Positions 50,230 through 60,388 are shown, counted from the first letter of the stretch. The stretch: 64,000 nucleotides of DNA from Treponemataceae bacterium (GCA_963667725.2 CAXXHO010000003.1:1696001-1760000); one strand, 5' to 3'. Translations and numbers: made by a program. The notes: generated by a model from the letters alone, not told the origin.

Positions 50230-50811
50230 CTAGGGAAAACCAGGAAGAGCGATGTCAAGGACGCGGAGCCGCCGCTCTCCGACGGGAAGCCTCACCGTCG
50301 CCACCTCGCCCACACGCTTGCCGATCAGCGCCTTGGCGATAGGGCTCGCCCAGCTGACATAGCCCCGGTCAGGGTCGCTTTCGTCGGCGCCCACGATACG
50401 GTAAGTAGCCGCCTCAGGCTCCATGCCGTGCTTAACATCTGCTCCCGAGGGCCGCGCGGCGCCGACTTCCTCACACACCTTCACGACCAGGCCGAAGACA
50501 ACGCGCTCGGCGCTCGTCGGCAGTTCGACGACAGAGAGGACAGCCTTCATTCGAGAGAGATAGGTGATATGCCTGTCAATAATTGAAATCCGCCTCAAGA
50601 ATTCGGCTTTCGCCGCCGGATCAGCGGCCGACAGGGCGCCAGCGGCCTTCGGTCTCTCCTCTTCGACGAGGTTTCGAAGCTCATCGGCCATCCGCATGGC
50701 GCCTTCGGGCGTCATGTAATTCCTCGCGCCGGCAGGCAGGGGAAGAGGGATCTCATGCATGCCGTCGGTTTCATCCGAGCCCGCATCCTCGTCGACAAAG
50801 GCTCTGCTCAT
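50230..50811 (-). CDS. GreA/GreB family transcription elongation factor
   Basis: SRAFV.E, NYMTPEG, YRIVGADE.D...VSWASPIAKALIG. Confidence 0.88.
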   Translation of the reverse strand: MSRAFVDEDAGSDETDGMHEIPLPLPAGARNYMTPEGAMRMADELRNLVEEERPKAAGALSAADPAAKAEFLRRISIIDRHITYLSRMKAVLSVVELPTSAERVVFGLVVKVCEEVGAARPSGADVKHGMEPEAATYRIVGADESDPDRGYVSWASPIAKALIGKRVGEVATVRLPVGERRLRVLDIALPGFP

Positions 50812-50826
50812 GAAGGGGCGCCTTCC

Positions 50827-51696
50827 TCAAGGCCGTCTGGTGCGGTGCGTGGCTTCCATCGTCCTCTCGAGGGCTTCGATGGCCGATTCCACATCGCCGG
50901 AGACGATAAGTCTATAGAGGATATCCACGACGGTGAGCTGGCTGAGGCGCGATGTCTCGGCGCCTCGCCTATAGACTCTTTCCGAAGCGGGAACGATGAG
51001 GGGAATATCAGCGAAACCCCGGAGCTTGTTGGCGCCTTCCATGGTCAACGTGATGACGCAGGCTCTCTTCGCCTTAGCCTGCCTCGCCACCTCGAGCATG
51101 GATTCGGTCTCCCCCGAATAGGAAACGATGAAGGCGACCTGCGTATCCTTGAGTGAACAGGCCGCCGTTATCTGCGCGTGAGCGTCGTGCGTGTAGGAAG
51201 CCGGTATGCCGATTCTCAACAGCTTTAAGTGAAAATCAGAGGTTACGATTCCCGACGCGCCGATACCGAACAGCATGGTCAGCGAAGCCTCCCTGATCCT
51301 GGTGGCCGCGAGTTCCAGCATCTCCGGATTGAGCGTACGGGACAGGTCGCCCAGGCTCTGTCTCGCGAAGTCTATCACTTCGCGCATCGCTCTTTCGGCC
51401 GGCGGCTTCGATTCAAGATCAAGGTCGGGCAGGTATTTTTCCTCTTCGTCCCGGAAAACGTCCTTGGCCAGCCAGAGCTTGAACTCGTTGTAGCCGTCGG
51501 CGCCGATGCGTTTGCAGAATCGCACCACCGCGGCGCTGCTGGAAGAGGAATGGCGGGACAGCTCGACAACGTTGAAATGGAGGGCTTTATGAGGCTGATC
51601 CAATACGTAGAGCGCGATCTTCCTCTCGGCTTCCGACATACCGGGAAGCATGCCTCGGATAATGTCCAAGGCGCCCGATTTCACGTTTTCGCTCAT
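50827..51696 (-). CDS. MurR/RpiR family regulator
   Basis: SEAERKIA, VVRFCK..G..GY.EFK, G.GAS, SYSGET. Confidence 0.93.
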   Translation of the reverse strand: MSENVKSGALDIIRGMLPGMSEAERKIALYVLDQPHKALHFNVVELSRHSSSSSAAVVRFCKRIGADGYNEFKLWLAKDVFRDEEEKYLPDLDLESKPPAERAMREVIDFARQSLGDLSRTLNPEMLELAATRIREASLTMLFGIGASGIVTSDFHLKLLRIGIPASYTHDAHAQITAACSLKDTQVAFIVSYSGETESMLEVARQAKAKRACVITLTMEGANKLRGFADIPLIVPASERVYRRGAETSRLSQLTVVDILYRLIVSGDVESAIEALERTMEATHRTRRP

Positions 51697-51700
51697 CGCC

Positions 51701-52642
51701 TCACCTCCCCTGCCTGGCCTGATCCGCGTGAAGTTTCATCGCTTCCGAGATGCGGCCTCCGCCGTTCGCCGCGAGGTTCACAGCTTCATCCCTGCCGATT
51801 CCCAGCAGAGTCATGAGAATCGCGATCTTGGGCTTTCTACCGGAATTTTCAAAAGCCTGTTCAGCATCCTCCCGGGAGCAGCCAGTGGCCTGGCGAATGA
51901 GGCGCTTCGATCTTTCCACCAGCTTTCTGTTGACGGGCGCGAGATCGACCATGAGATTCCGGTAGACCTTGCCCAGGCGTATCATGCTGGCCGTCGTCAG
52001 CATGTTGAGGACAAGCTTCTGGGCCGTGCCCGCCTTCATTCTCGTGGAACCGGTGATAACTTCAGGTCCAACATCGAGAAGAATCCTGTAGTCGGCGCTT
52101 TCGAAAGTCCTGGACTCCCTGTTGCAGCTTATGGCCCCGACCTTGGCGCCCAGACTCCTGGCATAGTCCATGGCCCCGAGAACGTAGGGAGCTGATCCCG
52201 ACGCGGTGATGCCCACCAGAACGTCGTTCGTCGAAAAACCGATCTCGCGCAGAGCGTTCTCTCCGGCCGCGGGATCGTCTTCGGCGCCTTCCACGGATCG
52301 CCTGAGCGCCACGTCTCCGCCGGCGATCAGGCCGAGCACCATGGACGATGGAACGCCGAAAGTCGGCGGACATTCGGAAGCGTCCAGGACGCCGAGTCTT
52401 CCCGACGTGCCGGCGCCTATATAGACCAGGCGGCCGGAATTCCGGAAAGCGGTCACGACAGCCTCCACGAGGGCGGCTATTTCCGGAAGCGCCCTTTCCA
52501 CCGCGGTCGGCACGGTCTTGTCTTCATCGTTGATGATCGCCAGGATCTCGTTGACCGGGAGAGCGTCGATATTCATCGAGCGATCGTTGCGTGACTCCGT
52601 TGTCGCGTGTTCCAGAGGATCATCACTATGCCGTATATCCAT
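51701..52642 (-). CDS. murQ: N-acetylmuramic acid 6-phosphate etherase
   Basis: GAGTSGRLGVLDASECPPTFG, GPEVITGSTRMKAGTAQK. Confidence 0.97.
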   Translation of the reverse strand: MDIRHSDDPLEHATTESRNDRSMNIDALPVNEILAIINDEDKTVPTAVERALPEIAALVEAVVTAFRNSGRLVYIGAGTSGRLGVLDASECPPTFGVPSSMVLGLIAGGDVALRRSVEGAEDDPAAGENALREIGFSTNDVLVGITASGSAPYVLGAMDYARSLGAKVGAISCNRESRTFESADYRILLDVGPEVITGSTRMKAGTAQKLVLNMLTTASMIRLGKVYRNLMVDLAPVNRKLVERSKRLIRQATGCSREDAEQAFENSGRKPKIAILMTLLGIGRDEAVNLAANGGGRISEAMKLHADQARQGR

Positions 52643-52657
52643 CACCTCATCCTTTAC

Positions 52658-52711
52658 GAAATTATATTTCAATATACATTGATCTTTGGCTTTGTAAAGA
52701 AAATAATTTTC
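52658..52711. promoter_or_regulatory. Two candidate MurR/RpiR operators upstream of murQ
   Basis: Palindromes GAAATTATATTTC (52658-52670) and GAAAATAATTTTC (52699-52711). Confidence 0.6.
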
Positions 52712-52819
52712 AAATCTGTTATATATCATGAAAAGACGAGAAAAGGCCATCAGAGAATGTGTTTCATGGAGGTGGATTGAAAAGCCCGGCAAAGCGGGCT
52801 TTTCAGGGACTGCCAATGC

Positions 52820-53296
52820 TCAGATCTTGGTGATATAGGAGGAAATTTCCCTTCTCCAGGGCTGTTTTTCCCCTTCTTTTTCCCAGCGGATTCGGCGCTT
52901 CACGATAAAAGCGCCGTCGTTTCCGCTCTTGAAGCCGACGACGCCGAAGCATCCGGCGCCAAGGTACGCTATTTTCTCTCCGGCCTCGAGAGGTTCGGCC
53001 GCGGTAACGCGCTCAAGCGCGCAGTCAAAATGAACCGGTTCGCCTGATTCCCTGTCTCCGATGGCTCCGGCCAAATCGAAAATGGGTTTCCCGCAGATCG
53101 CGCAGTTCTTGACCGGAAGGGCTTTCTTGGGTTCTTCCTTGCGGATACCCAGGGTGGAAGCGTCGCGCTGACCGCGAATGGGTTGCCCTGGCTGCGTTCG
53201 AAGGTGCCCGCCATGTCTTGGCGGACCCGATCTCTGGGAAGGTCGCTTTCCCCCCTCGCCGGGCTGACCGGAATTCTTAGCGTTATTGTTCATCAT
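52820..53296 (-). CDS. Hypothetical protein with CxxC...HxxC putative Zn site
   Basis: CAICGKPI...VHFDC; disordered N-terminus; coupled to the upstream ORF. Confidence 0.75.
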   Translation of the reverse strand: MMNNNAKNSGQPGEGGKRPSQRSGPPRHGGHLRTQPGQPIRGQRDASTLGIRKEEPKKALPVKNCAICGKPIFDLAGAIGDRESGEPVHFDCALERVTAAEPLEAGEKIAYLGAGCFGVVGFKSGNDGAFIVKRRIRWEKEGEKQPWRREISSYITKI

Positions 53297-53513
53297 TACC
53301 CTTCTTTTTCAGCGTACTTGTCAGGAAATTGGCGATCCGCGTAACCGCGCCATCGACGTAGGTATCGTCATCCAATTTATGACGCATCTCATGGAGCTTG
53401 TAAATGTCCTGACGCGTGGAGCCGGCGAGCAGACGATCCGTCGCGTGGCTGTTCCCGGGATTGGAACCTGCCCATGAGAGCGGATCCCTGCCGGATATTT
53501 CTTTTTTATTCAT
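53283..53513 (-). CDS. Small hypothetical protein (FlgM-like C-terminus?)
   Basis: Overlaps the yraN stop; KLHEMRHKLDDDTYVDGAVTRIA. Confidence 0.6.
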   Translation of the reverse strand: MNKKEISGRDPLSWAGSNPGNSHATDRLLAGSTRQDIYKLHEMRHKLDDDTYVDGAVTRIANFLTSTLKKKGNDEQ

Positions 53514-53878
53514 ACCGTCTCGTCGAACGCTCCTTCGTATCGCATAGGCTCTCTGCCGAGAGAAAGAAGAAAAACGTCGTATCGAATTTTCTTCCCACTA
53601 TATTGTCGATACTTTGAGAGGAAAATTTTAGAGGTTTCGATAATTCTCCCGGTTTTCCCTCTGTCGATGGCGTCGCGAAGCTCCATGGAACCGTTCCGGT
53701 TCCAGCGCTTCACCTCCACGAAGGCGACGAGTTCCCCTTTCACGGCGATAAGGTCTATTTCGCCCCGGCCCGCCCTGAAATTGCGCGCGAGAATAGTCCA
53801 GCCTTCCCTTTCGAGAAGGGCGTTTACGCGATCCTCGCCAGCTCGGCCTAAAGCGCAGGAAGAATCTTTGCCGTCCAT
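53510..53878 (-). CDS. yraN: YraN family endonuclease-like protein
   Basis: LG..GED, RNFR...GEIDLI, FVEVK, RYDV. Confidence 0.92.
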   Translation of the reverse strand: MDGKDSSCALGRAGEDRVNALLEREGWTILARNFRAGRGEIDLIAVKGELVAFVEVKRWNRNGSMELRDAIDRGKTGRIIETSKIFLSKYRQYSGKKIRYDVFLLSLGREPMRYEGAFDETV

Positions 53879-53913
53879 GTCATATATACGGGCGAGCACC
53901 GGCGCGGCGATTC

Positions 53914-53948
53914 AAAAAAGCAAAAAAACCCGGCCAGCGCCGGGTTTT
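53914..53948 (-). terminator. Intrinsic terminator after rplS
   Basis: AAAACCCGGC-N4-GCCGGGTTTT stem with a T tract on the minus strand. Confidence 0.75.
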
Positions 53949-53994
53949 CTGCGGTAAGTCGGCCCGAAGACGAGTCTTCGGCCGCCGAACAAGC

Positions 53995-54363
53995 CTATTC
54001 GGCCTTCTCGACCTTCTTGGAAATGATGAGTTCCTTGACCTTGGATTTCTTGCCGACCTTGGTGCGGATGTAGTAGAGCTTGGCCCTTCTCACCTTGCCG
54101 CGGCGGAGCACTTCCACGTTCTCGACGCGCGGTGAATTGAGCGGAAAAACGCGCTCAACGCCGACGCCGTAGGAAGTCTTGCGGACCGTGAAGGTTTTGG
54201 CGACGCCGCCGTTCTTGATCGCAATGACGAGGCCTTCATATGCCTGAACACGCTCTGTCTTGCCTTCCACGATTTTAAAGCTCACGCGAACGGTGTCACC
54301 CACGTTGAACGCGGGGAGCTCACTCTTGATCTGTTCGGCTTGAATGGACTGTACCAGGTTCAT
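53995..54363 (-). CDS. rplS: 50S ribosomal protein L19
   Basis: [31 protein letters not shown]. Confidence 0.98.
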   Translation of the reverse strand: MNLVQSIQAEQIKSELPAFNVGDTVRVSFKIVEGKTERVQAYEGLVIAIKNGGVAKTFTVRKTSYGVGVERVFPLNSPRVENVEVLRRGKVRRAKLYYIRTKVGKKSKVKELIISKKVEKAE

Positions 54364-55090
54364 GCCATCCCCCTTCATCGATTATTTCACGCAATAATCC
54401 GCCCACTTCTTTGGGCAGTTTGTCATCGGACAAAAGCTCGGGTCGGTAGGCCAGCGTTTTCGCAATGCTTGCCTTGAGCCTCCACCGCGCGATTTGTGCA
54501 TGGTTCCCCGACAAAACAACGTCAGGGACCCGCATAGTAGCATAATTCGCGGGGCGTGTATACTGGGGATACTCGAGAAGCCCCTTCGAGAAACTCTCTT
54601 CATCGAGCGATTCTCCCGAAATAACGCCGGGCCTTAGCCGGTAAATCGCGTCGACGAGAACCATGGCCGCGATCTCTCCGCTCGACAGAACATAGTCGCC
54701 TATGGAGATTTCATCGGTCACTCTGGTGTCGATGACGCGCTGATCCACGCCTTCGTAGCGGCCGCAGAGGATCACGAGATGTTCCTCGCGCGAAAGCTCG
54801 GCAGCCAGCTTCTGGTTGAAGAGCCTTCCCGAAGGGGTGACGAAGACGGTGCGCAGGGTTGGCGAGCCGACGGCTTCCAGCGCCCTGTCGAGGGGCTCGG
54901 GCTTCATCAGCATGCCGGCGCCGCCGCCGAACACCTCGTCGTCGCATTTATGGTGCTTGTCGGTGGCGTAATCCCTGAAATTCACGAGTGAATACTCGAT
55001 CAGCCCGCTCGCGACCGCGCGCTTCATGATCGAGGCGTCGAAATAGGCCTGTACGATTTCAGGAAAGATCGTCAGAATCGTAAACTTCAT
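54320..55090 (-). CDS. trmD: tRNA (guanine-N1)-methyltransferase
   Basis: [32 protein letters not shown]. Confidence 0.97.
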   Translation of the reverse strand: MKFTILTIFPEIVQAYFDASIMKRAVASGLIEYSLVNFRDYATDKHHKCDDEVFGGGAGMLMKPEPLDRALEAVGSPTLRTVFVTPSGRLFNQKLAAELSREEHLVILCGRYEGVDQRVIDTRVTDEISIGDYVLSSGEIAAMVLVDAIYRLRPGVISGESLDEESFSKGLLEYPQYTRPANYATMRVPDVVLSGNHAQIARWRLKASIAKTLAYRPELLSDDKLPKEVGGLLREIIDEGGWHEPGTVHSSRTDQE

Positions 55091-55701
55091 TCCAGAAGCC
55101 ATCCCGCGAGAAGTTCCATGGATCCGGATTCGCCGTCCACCTTTCCGATGAACTCGTTCCTGAAGGGAACGAGGACCTGCGATCCCAAAGCCGGGGGCTT
55201 ATCCTCGCCCGAGGTTTTGGCCGAGAAGGCGCCGGAGGCAGTGTTGGAGGCGGGATTGGAGGCGGCCCTTCTTGCGAGCACCTTCACCTCGAGAAGAGGG
55301 TCGGCCCCGCCATCCAGCACGCCCATGACCTCTCCGACGGCAAGGCCGTCCAGCATGAGCTTCATGCCGATGAGATCGTGGATATACCATTCATTGCTTT
55401 TTAGTGGACTCACGCGATCTCTTGGAAGGAATAGCTCCAGACCTGTCAGGGCGCGCGCTTTCTCGGGCGTATCGTAGCCTTCGAAGGCGAAGCTCAAGCC
55501 CCAGTCGCCCGACTCGGCGGATTGGATTTTCATCATTTTCGCCAATTCAGGTTTTTTGTCGGGAGCCGCGAGAATCGTCGTGAGGCCTTTCAGATGGCTA
55601 TATTCGCCGGAATAGCTATGCAGCTTCAGGAACCCATTGAGACCGCGCGGGGCCCCAAGCTTGGCGACGGCCAAAAGTTCCTTGTCAGCGGCTTTATTCA
55701 T
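55087..55701 (-). CDS. rimM: 16S rRNA processing protein RimM
   Basis: G.PRGL.G, WY.HDLIG, LVPF...FI; position between khpA and trmD. Confidence 0.93.
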   Translation of the reverse strand: MNKAADKELLAVAKLGAPRGLNGFLKLHSYSGEYSHLKGLTTILAAPDKKPELAKMMKIQSAESGDWGLSFAFEGYDTPEKARALTGLELFLPRDRVSPLKSNEWYIHDLIGMKLMLDGLAVGEVMGVLDGGADPLLEVKVLARRAASNPASNTASGAFSAKTSGEDKPPALGSQVLVPFRNEFIGKVDGESGSMELLAGWLLE

Positions 55702-55710
55702 GGGAGGCGT

Positions 55711-55944
55711 TCAGTCCAGAATCTCCAGGATCACACGCTTGGACTGTGCGGAAGCGCAGGCTGAGAGGATCGTCCGGATGGCTCTGGCGATCCGGCCGTT
55801 TTTGCCGATCACCTTGCCGATGTCGGCGTCGGCGACCTTGAGCTCAAGGATCGTCGATTTCTCGCCTTCGATAACCTTGATGTCTACGGCATCGGGTTCG
55901 TCGACGAGGGATTTTACGATATATTCTACTAAATCACGTTCCAC
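55711..55944 (-). CDS. khpA: KH-domain RNA-binding protein
   Basis: LVEYIVK.LVD.P, DIGKVIGK.GR.A.AIR. Confidence 0.95.
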   Translation of the reverse strand: MERDLVEYIVKSLVDEPDAVDIKVIEGEKSTILELKVADADIGKVIGKNGRIARAIRTILSACASAQSKRVILEILD

Positions 55945-56009
55945 TTCGTACTCCTTGGCAAAAAAAAGCGCCGGTCGGCTGTATGGGCCGAAAATTCGGC
56001 CCTCACTGC

Positions 56010-56261
56010 CTATTTGACCTGGATATTTTTCTTGTTGAGCAGGGAGCGAACGGTATCCGAAGGCTGGGCGCCGCGTGCGAGCCAGAATTTCGCCTTTTCC
56101 TCATCGATTCGAATCTGCTTTTCTTCGATTTCGATGGGATGATAGAGGCCGATTTCATCGATGGTTCTGCTGTCGCGGGGCGATCTAGCGTCCATGATGA
56201 CTATTCGATAAAAAGGACGGGCTTTCGCTCCGAATTTCTTGAGCCTTATCTTAACGCTCAC
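56010..56261 (-). CDS. rpsP: 30S ribosomal protein S16
   Basis: VKIRL...[25 protein letters not shown] start. Confidence 0.97.
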   Translation of the reverse strand: MSVKIRLKKFGAKARPFYRIVIMDARSPRDSRTIDEIGLYHPIEIEEKQIRIDEEKAKFWLARGAQPSDTVRSLLNKKNIQVK

Positions 56262-56398
56262 GGATTCCTCCTGAACTTTATGGAAAATTGGACCCTGCTT
56301 GAGACACACGTACCCCCGGCTCAGGATCCGAATCGGGGATTAGCGCTCTGATTTATAACCCAACGCCGCCATAAAGTCAACTCACCACGGGGAATGTC

Positions 56399-57739
56399 TC
56401 AGGAACCGAGGCATTCCCTTATGGTCAGCTTTCTCGCGCCGCGAGCCGGAAGGGCGGCGGCCAGAAGCGGGAAGGCGGCGCTCATGGCCGAAATGGCCAA
56501 AAGCCGCATCGGGAACAGTTGGGGCCTGATGGAATCCGGAAAATTGGCGCCTATTTCCGAAAACTCGAAGCGGAGTCCGAGGCCGGAAACCTGCAGAATC
56601 CAGATCGCCAGCATGCCGAGCCCCAGGGCGGCGAGAGCGGCGGCCAACGAGGTGATCAGCGTCTCAGCGTAGATGAGGGCGCCCGCCTGCCGAGAACTGA
56701 GCGCGATGGCCCGCAGCGTCCCGAGGTCCCGCACGCGGTCCTGCACCGACAGAAGAATGGCGTTGGTCATGCCTACGCCGGCGACGAGCACGAAAATCGC
56801 CATCATTCCGGCCAGGAAGATATCCAGGAACTCGAACATGGCGGCGTAGCTCGAGGAAATCGCCGAGAAAGGACGCGCTTCGAGGTTCGCGTTCCCCTTC
56901 AGCGCGGCCATGACCGACCGGACGGCGGCCGGCTCGGCCTCGCTGCCCAGCGGTTTCATCGCGTCGCCCGAGACGAACCACAGCGAGATCGCGGCGGCCT
57001 TCCCCTCCAAGCCAAAAACGGGAGCGAAGCTGGCAAGGTCCACGACGCAGCCGGTTCCCTCGGGCAGCGAAGCCTCGCGGACTACGCCTATGATCTTCGT
57101 CTCCATCATGGAAAAGGAACCGTAGGCGTCGTTTCCGAGAAGAATGAGGGAATCGCCGACCGTCAGGCCGAGCCTGCCCGCGAATTTCTCGTCGAGGAGG
57201 GCTCCCTGTTCGGCCGGATCGAGGAAATAGTGGCCGGCCACGATGGCTGACCTGGCATCGGAGAGCATGGGATTGGACGGGGCGAGCGCCGAAGCCTGTG
57301 CCGCTGCCGGCGCCCGTCCCTTGGGTGAAACGCGCGCGTAGGGTTCGGCGGCGAGGACGGCCGCGGGTTTGGAAGTCTCGCCGTTGGAGAGCATGCATCC
57401 CGTCAACGCCGAGGGGGACAGGATGATCCCCGTTCCGGGAGTCGCCGCGGCCGCGGCGGCCGACAGCATGGTCTCCATGACACCGTCGGCGTTGTCGATG
57501 ACAAGATCCATGGGCATCGCCTCGGCGGAATCCATATAGCCTGCCGCGTGGACATCCAGATGGCCGCTTTGGCTTACGACCCTTTCGATGGAGGAAGCCG
57601 CGAAGCCCTTCATATAGGCGTCGATCAGCATGATGCAGAAGGCGCCGCAGAAAAGAATGAGAAAAGACTGGATTGTCCGCTTGCGGTAGCGGAGCACATT
57701 GCGCCAGGCAAGGAACAGTACAAGCTTGATAGAGTTCAT
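56399..57739 (-). CDS. FtsX/LolE-like ABC permease
   Basis: LAWRN..R..KRT, R.R..GTLRAI. Confidence 0.88.
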   Translation of the reverse strand: MNSIKLVLFLAWRNVLRYRKRTIQSFLILFCGAFCIMLIDAYMKGFAASSIERVVSQSGHLDVHAAGYMDSAEAMPMDLVIDNADGVMETMLSAAAAAATPGTGIILSPSALTGCMLSNGETSKPAAVLAAEPYARVSPKGRAPAAAQASALAPSNPMLSDARSAIVAGHYFLDPAEQGALLDEKFAGRLGLTVGDSLILLGNDAYGSFSMMETKIIGVVREASLPEGTGCVVDLASFAPVFGLEGKAAAISLWFVSGDAMKPLGSEAEPAAVRSVMAALKGNANLEARPFSAISSSYAAMFEFLDIFLAGMMAIFVLVAGVGMTNAILLSVQDRVRDLGTLRAIALSSRQAGALIYAETLITSLAAALAALGLGMLAIWILQVSGLGLRFEFSEIGANFPDSIRPQLFPMRLLAISAMSAAFPLLAAALPARGARKLTIRECLGS

Positions 57740-57751
57740 GTCGTCTCCATG

Positions 57752-58918
57752 TTAGAAGAAATACTCTAGGGAAAGTCCGGCAAGGTACTCGTTCGCGAGC
57801 TGCGGCGTCCATTTCTCGGGACGGTAGTTCCAGGCGGCTTTTACGTGAAGTACGAGAAAATCGCCTATGTTCCAGGCGGATTCGAGCGCAATTCTAGCAG
57901 CCAACGTGTCAAAATCGACCAACGCTGATAGTGAAGCGGCGTTGTCGTCGACATTTCTCGAAAGCTGCGTGAATCCCTGCCAGCCATATCCCGGATTCGC
58001 ATAACTCGCTTCGACGAAGGCGAAGAAATTGCCTATCCTGCGGTTCACGCTGAGGGCCCAGCCGTATCCATTTTCAGTCTCTGAGGAGACGGAAGCGCCA
58101 GGAAGCGAAAGTTCTCCGTAACCGGGGCTTCTCAGCGTCCCCTCGGCCCCGATCACGAAGCCGGCGAGATCCGCGCTGAGCCAGAGGCCACCCGCCGTGG
58201 GGACCTTCCCTCCCAGCGCCGCCTTGCCCAGGCGGCGGAAGTCCCCAGAGATGCCTACCTCCGTCGTGCCCAGGACTCCTGAGTCAGGCGCGTAGAAGAT
58301 GATCCGGCCATGGGCGCTCGACTCCCCGATGTCGAAAGGGCTGCCGACCGACGATGAACCTGCCACGTCGGAAGGAAGCAACAAAGCGGCGTCCACGACG
58401 AGGGAATAGGGAAGGTCCTGTCCGCCCTTCGCGGCGAGGAGCGGCTGCATTTCCAGCGCCAGGCCGTCGAGCCCTACCTTGTTGGCGCGGCTGTCGAAGG
58501 GACTTTTGGCGACGAGAGAATTCGCGGGATTGAAGGCGACGCAGGGCCCGTACCGCAGTGGGAAGCGGCCGAGGCGCAGGCTCGCGAAGGAGGCTGGGCT
58601 CCATTCTCCCCAAGCTTCGTCCAGGGAAATATCCCAGCTTCCCGTCGCTGCGTCGAAGCGGGTCCATAGCTCAGCGAAAAAGCGGGCTTTGTCGCCGGCC
58701 TGGGACAGCCGCGCCGTCGCCGAAGTCTGGGAATACCAGTCCCTCGTCGAGCCATCGGGGATGTCACTCCGGAATCCTATGTACCCAGTCTCGTTCAGCA
58801 GCGAGCCGGAAAGCTTTAGTGCCGCGTCGCCGTTCTGCGCCGACACCGTCGCGACGAGCGCGCCCAACGCGAGGCAGAAAAGGAGCGCAAAGCTCCGGGT
58901 TTGCATGTCGTGTTTCAT
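57752..58918 (-). CDS. Exported hypothetical protein, probable outer-membrane beta-barrel
   Basis: Signal peptide, LDEAW...LRLGR, alternating strands, C-terminal LEYFF. Confidence 0.65.
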   Translation of the reverse strand: MKHDMQTRSFALLFCLALGALVATVSAQNGDAALKLSGSLLNETGYIGFRSDIPDGSTRDWYSQTSATARLSQAGDKARFFAELWTRFDAATGSWDISLDEAWGEWSPASFASLRLGRFPLRYGPCVAFNPANSLVAKSPFDSRANKVGLDGLALEMQPLLAAKGGQDLPYSLVVDAALLLPSDVAGSSSVGSPFDIGESSAHGRIIFYAPDSGVLGTTEVGISGDFRRLGKAALGGKVPTAGGLWLSADLAGFVIGAEGTLRSPGYGELSLPGASVSSETENGYGWALSVNRRIGNFFAFVEASYANPGYGWQGFTQLSRNVDDNAASLSALVDFDTLAARIALESAWNIGDFLVLHVKAAWNYRPEKWTPQLANEYLAGLSLEYFF

Positions 58919-59613
58919 GCTATGTGGTCCTCCACGACCTCGATGCGCGTTATGCGCCCGTCCTCCAGGTAGACTCGCCGGTCGAGATAGGGCAGAACGC
59001 GCGGGTCGTGGGTCGAAAGGAGAAAGGTAGTCTTCATTTCGTGGTTCATCTCGTGCATTAATTCCAGCACGTTCCGCCCGTTTTCTCCGTCAAGGTTTGC
59101 GGTCGGTTCGTCGGCGAGGACGAGGCGCGGCTTGATGATGAGCGCGCGGGCTATCGCTACGCGCTGACGCTGCCCACCCGAAAGCTCGTCGGGACGCTGA
59201 TAGGCTTCTCGCGTGAGGCCTACGCGCTTGAGCAGCGCGAGCGCCCGCTCTCTCCTCTCCTTTTTGGGCACGCCCTGGGCCATGAGGGGAAGTTCCACGT
59301 TTTCCAGGGCGGTCAGCACTGGGATGAGACTGAATGACTGAAAAATAAAGCCAATATCCCTGCGGCGGAGAGCCGTGCGCGCGTTGTCGTCCAGATCGCC
59401 GATTTCTTCCTCGTCGATCGAGACGGTCCCGGAAGTTGCCAGGTCTATGCCGCCCAGTATGTTGAGAAGCGTGGTCTTGCCCGAGCCCGAAGGGCCGACG
59501 ATGCCGATGATTTCCGGCGTATCGATGCTGAGATCGATGCCCCTCAGGGCTTCGACACTTGTGTGGCCAAGCCTGTAGGATTTCATCAGATTGCGGATTT
59601 CTATCTTACTCAT
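58915..59613 (-). CDS. LolD/MacB-like ABC ATP-binding protein
   Basis: GPSGSGKTT, LSGGQRQRVAIARAL, ADEPTANLD, THD. Confidence 0.95.
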   Translation of the reverse strand: MSKIEIRNLMKSYRLGHTSVEALRGIDLSIDTPEIIGIVGPSGSGKTTLLNILGGIDLATSGTVSIDEEEIGDLDDNARTALRRRDIGFIFQSFSLIPVLTALENVELPLMAQGVPKKERRERALALLKRVGLTREAYQRPDELSGGQRQRVAIARALIIKPRLVLADEPTANLDGENGRNVLELMHEMNHEMKTTFLLSTHDPRVLPYLDRRVYLEDGRITRIEVVEDHIA

Positions 59614-59620
59614 AATTTCC

Positions 59621-60373
59621 TCAATTCCCCAAGGAGGCTGGAGTCAGCCTGAAGCGATTGACCGGCTCTTCGCTGATCCGCTCGAAAATGACCGAACTCG
59701 CGTCGCCCGGCTTCATCAGATCGACGATCGCCATGACCGAAGGGCGCGGCTTTCCGCCGAAGTTCTTCACGGCGGAGAAATTCACCCTTTTGGATTCCTT
59801 CCCGGATCGGGAGTAGTAGACCATGCTCGCCGGCAGAAAGTCCCTTCCGATCCTGGCCGCGATTTTCTGGTAGGGAAGGCCCGAGGTCTTCGCCGTCATC
59901 ACGATGTCCCAGCCGCTTTCGTCGCTCGCGGCGATGACCGATGCGTAGTCGTCGCTCTTGTCCAGATTCATCACGTCGTCATTGGTGAAGGAAGTGCCCA
60001 TGAAGGCGTCTTTGCCCGAAAGGCGCACGGGCTTGGAGACGGCCGGCGACGACATCCACATGGACGAGCCGCTCATGAGCACACATTTGCCGCGGTCTCG
60101 CGCCGGTTCCTCGAAATCCATGCGGGTGCCCAGGCCCTTCACATAGTCCACGCTCGCCTTGAGCGACTTGGCCTTTCCGCCCGCCTTGACGTCCTCGATT
60201 CGGATAACCATCCGGCACTCCGTGAAATTCATGCGGCGGTCCATCTCGGCGATGATCTCGTCCGCTTTCATTTCCTGGGCGGCGAGCTGAGCGCGCGGCA
60301 GGAAAACGGAAATAAAAAGCAAAAAACCGACGATAAGGAAACATAGGGTCGACGGTATTCTATTGGTTTTCAT
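59621..60373 (-). CDS. LolA-like outer-membrane lipoprotein-sorting protein
   Basis: Signal peptide; F..PARD.G..L....MW..P, FMGT.FT.DD. Confidence 0.8.
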   Translation of the reverse strand: MKTNRIPSTLCFLIVGFLLFISVFLPRAQLAAQEMKADEIIAEMDRRMNFTECRMVIRIEDVKAGGKAKSLKASVDYVKGLGTRMDFEEPARDRGKCVLMSGSSMWMSSPAVSKPVRLSGKDAFMGTSFTNDDVMNLDKSDDYASVIAASDESGWDIVMTAKTSGLPYQKIAARIGRDFLPASMVYYSRSGKESKRVNFSAVKNFGGKPRPSVMAIVDLMKPGDASSVIFERISEEPVNRFRLTPASLGN

Positions 60374-60388
60374 GATAGCTCCTTGGTA

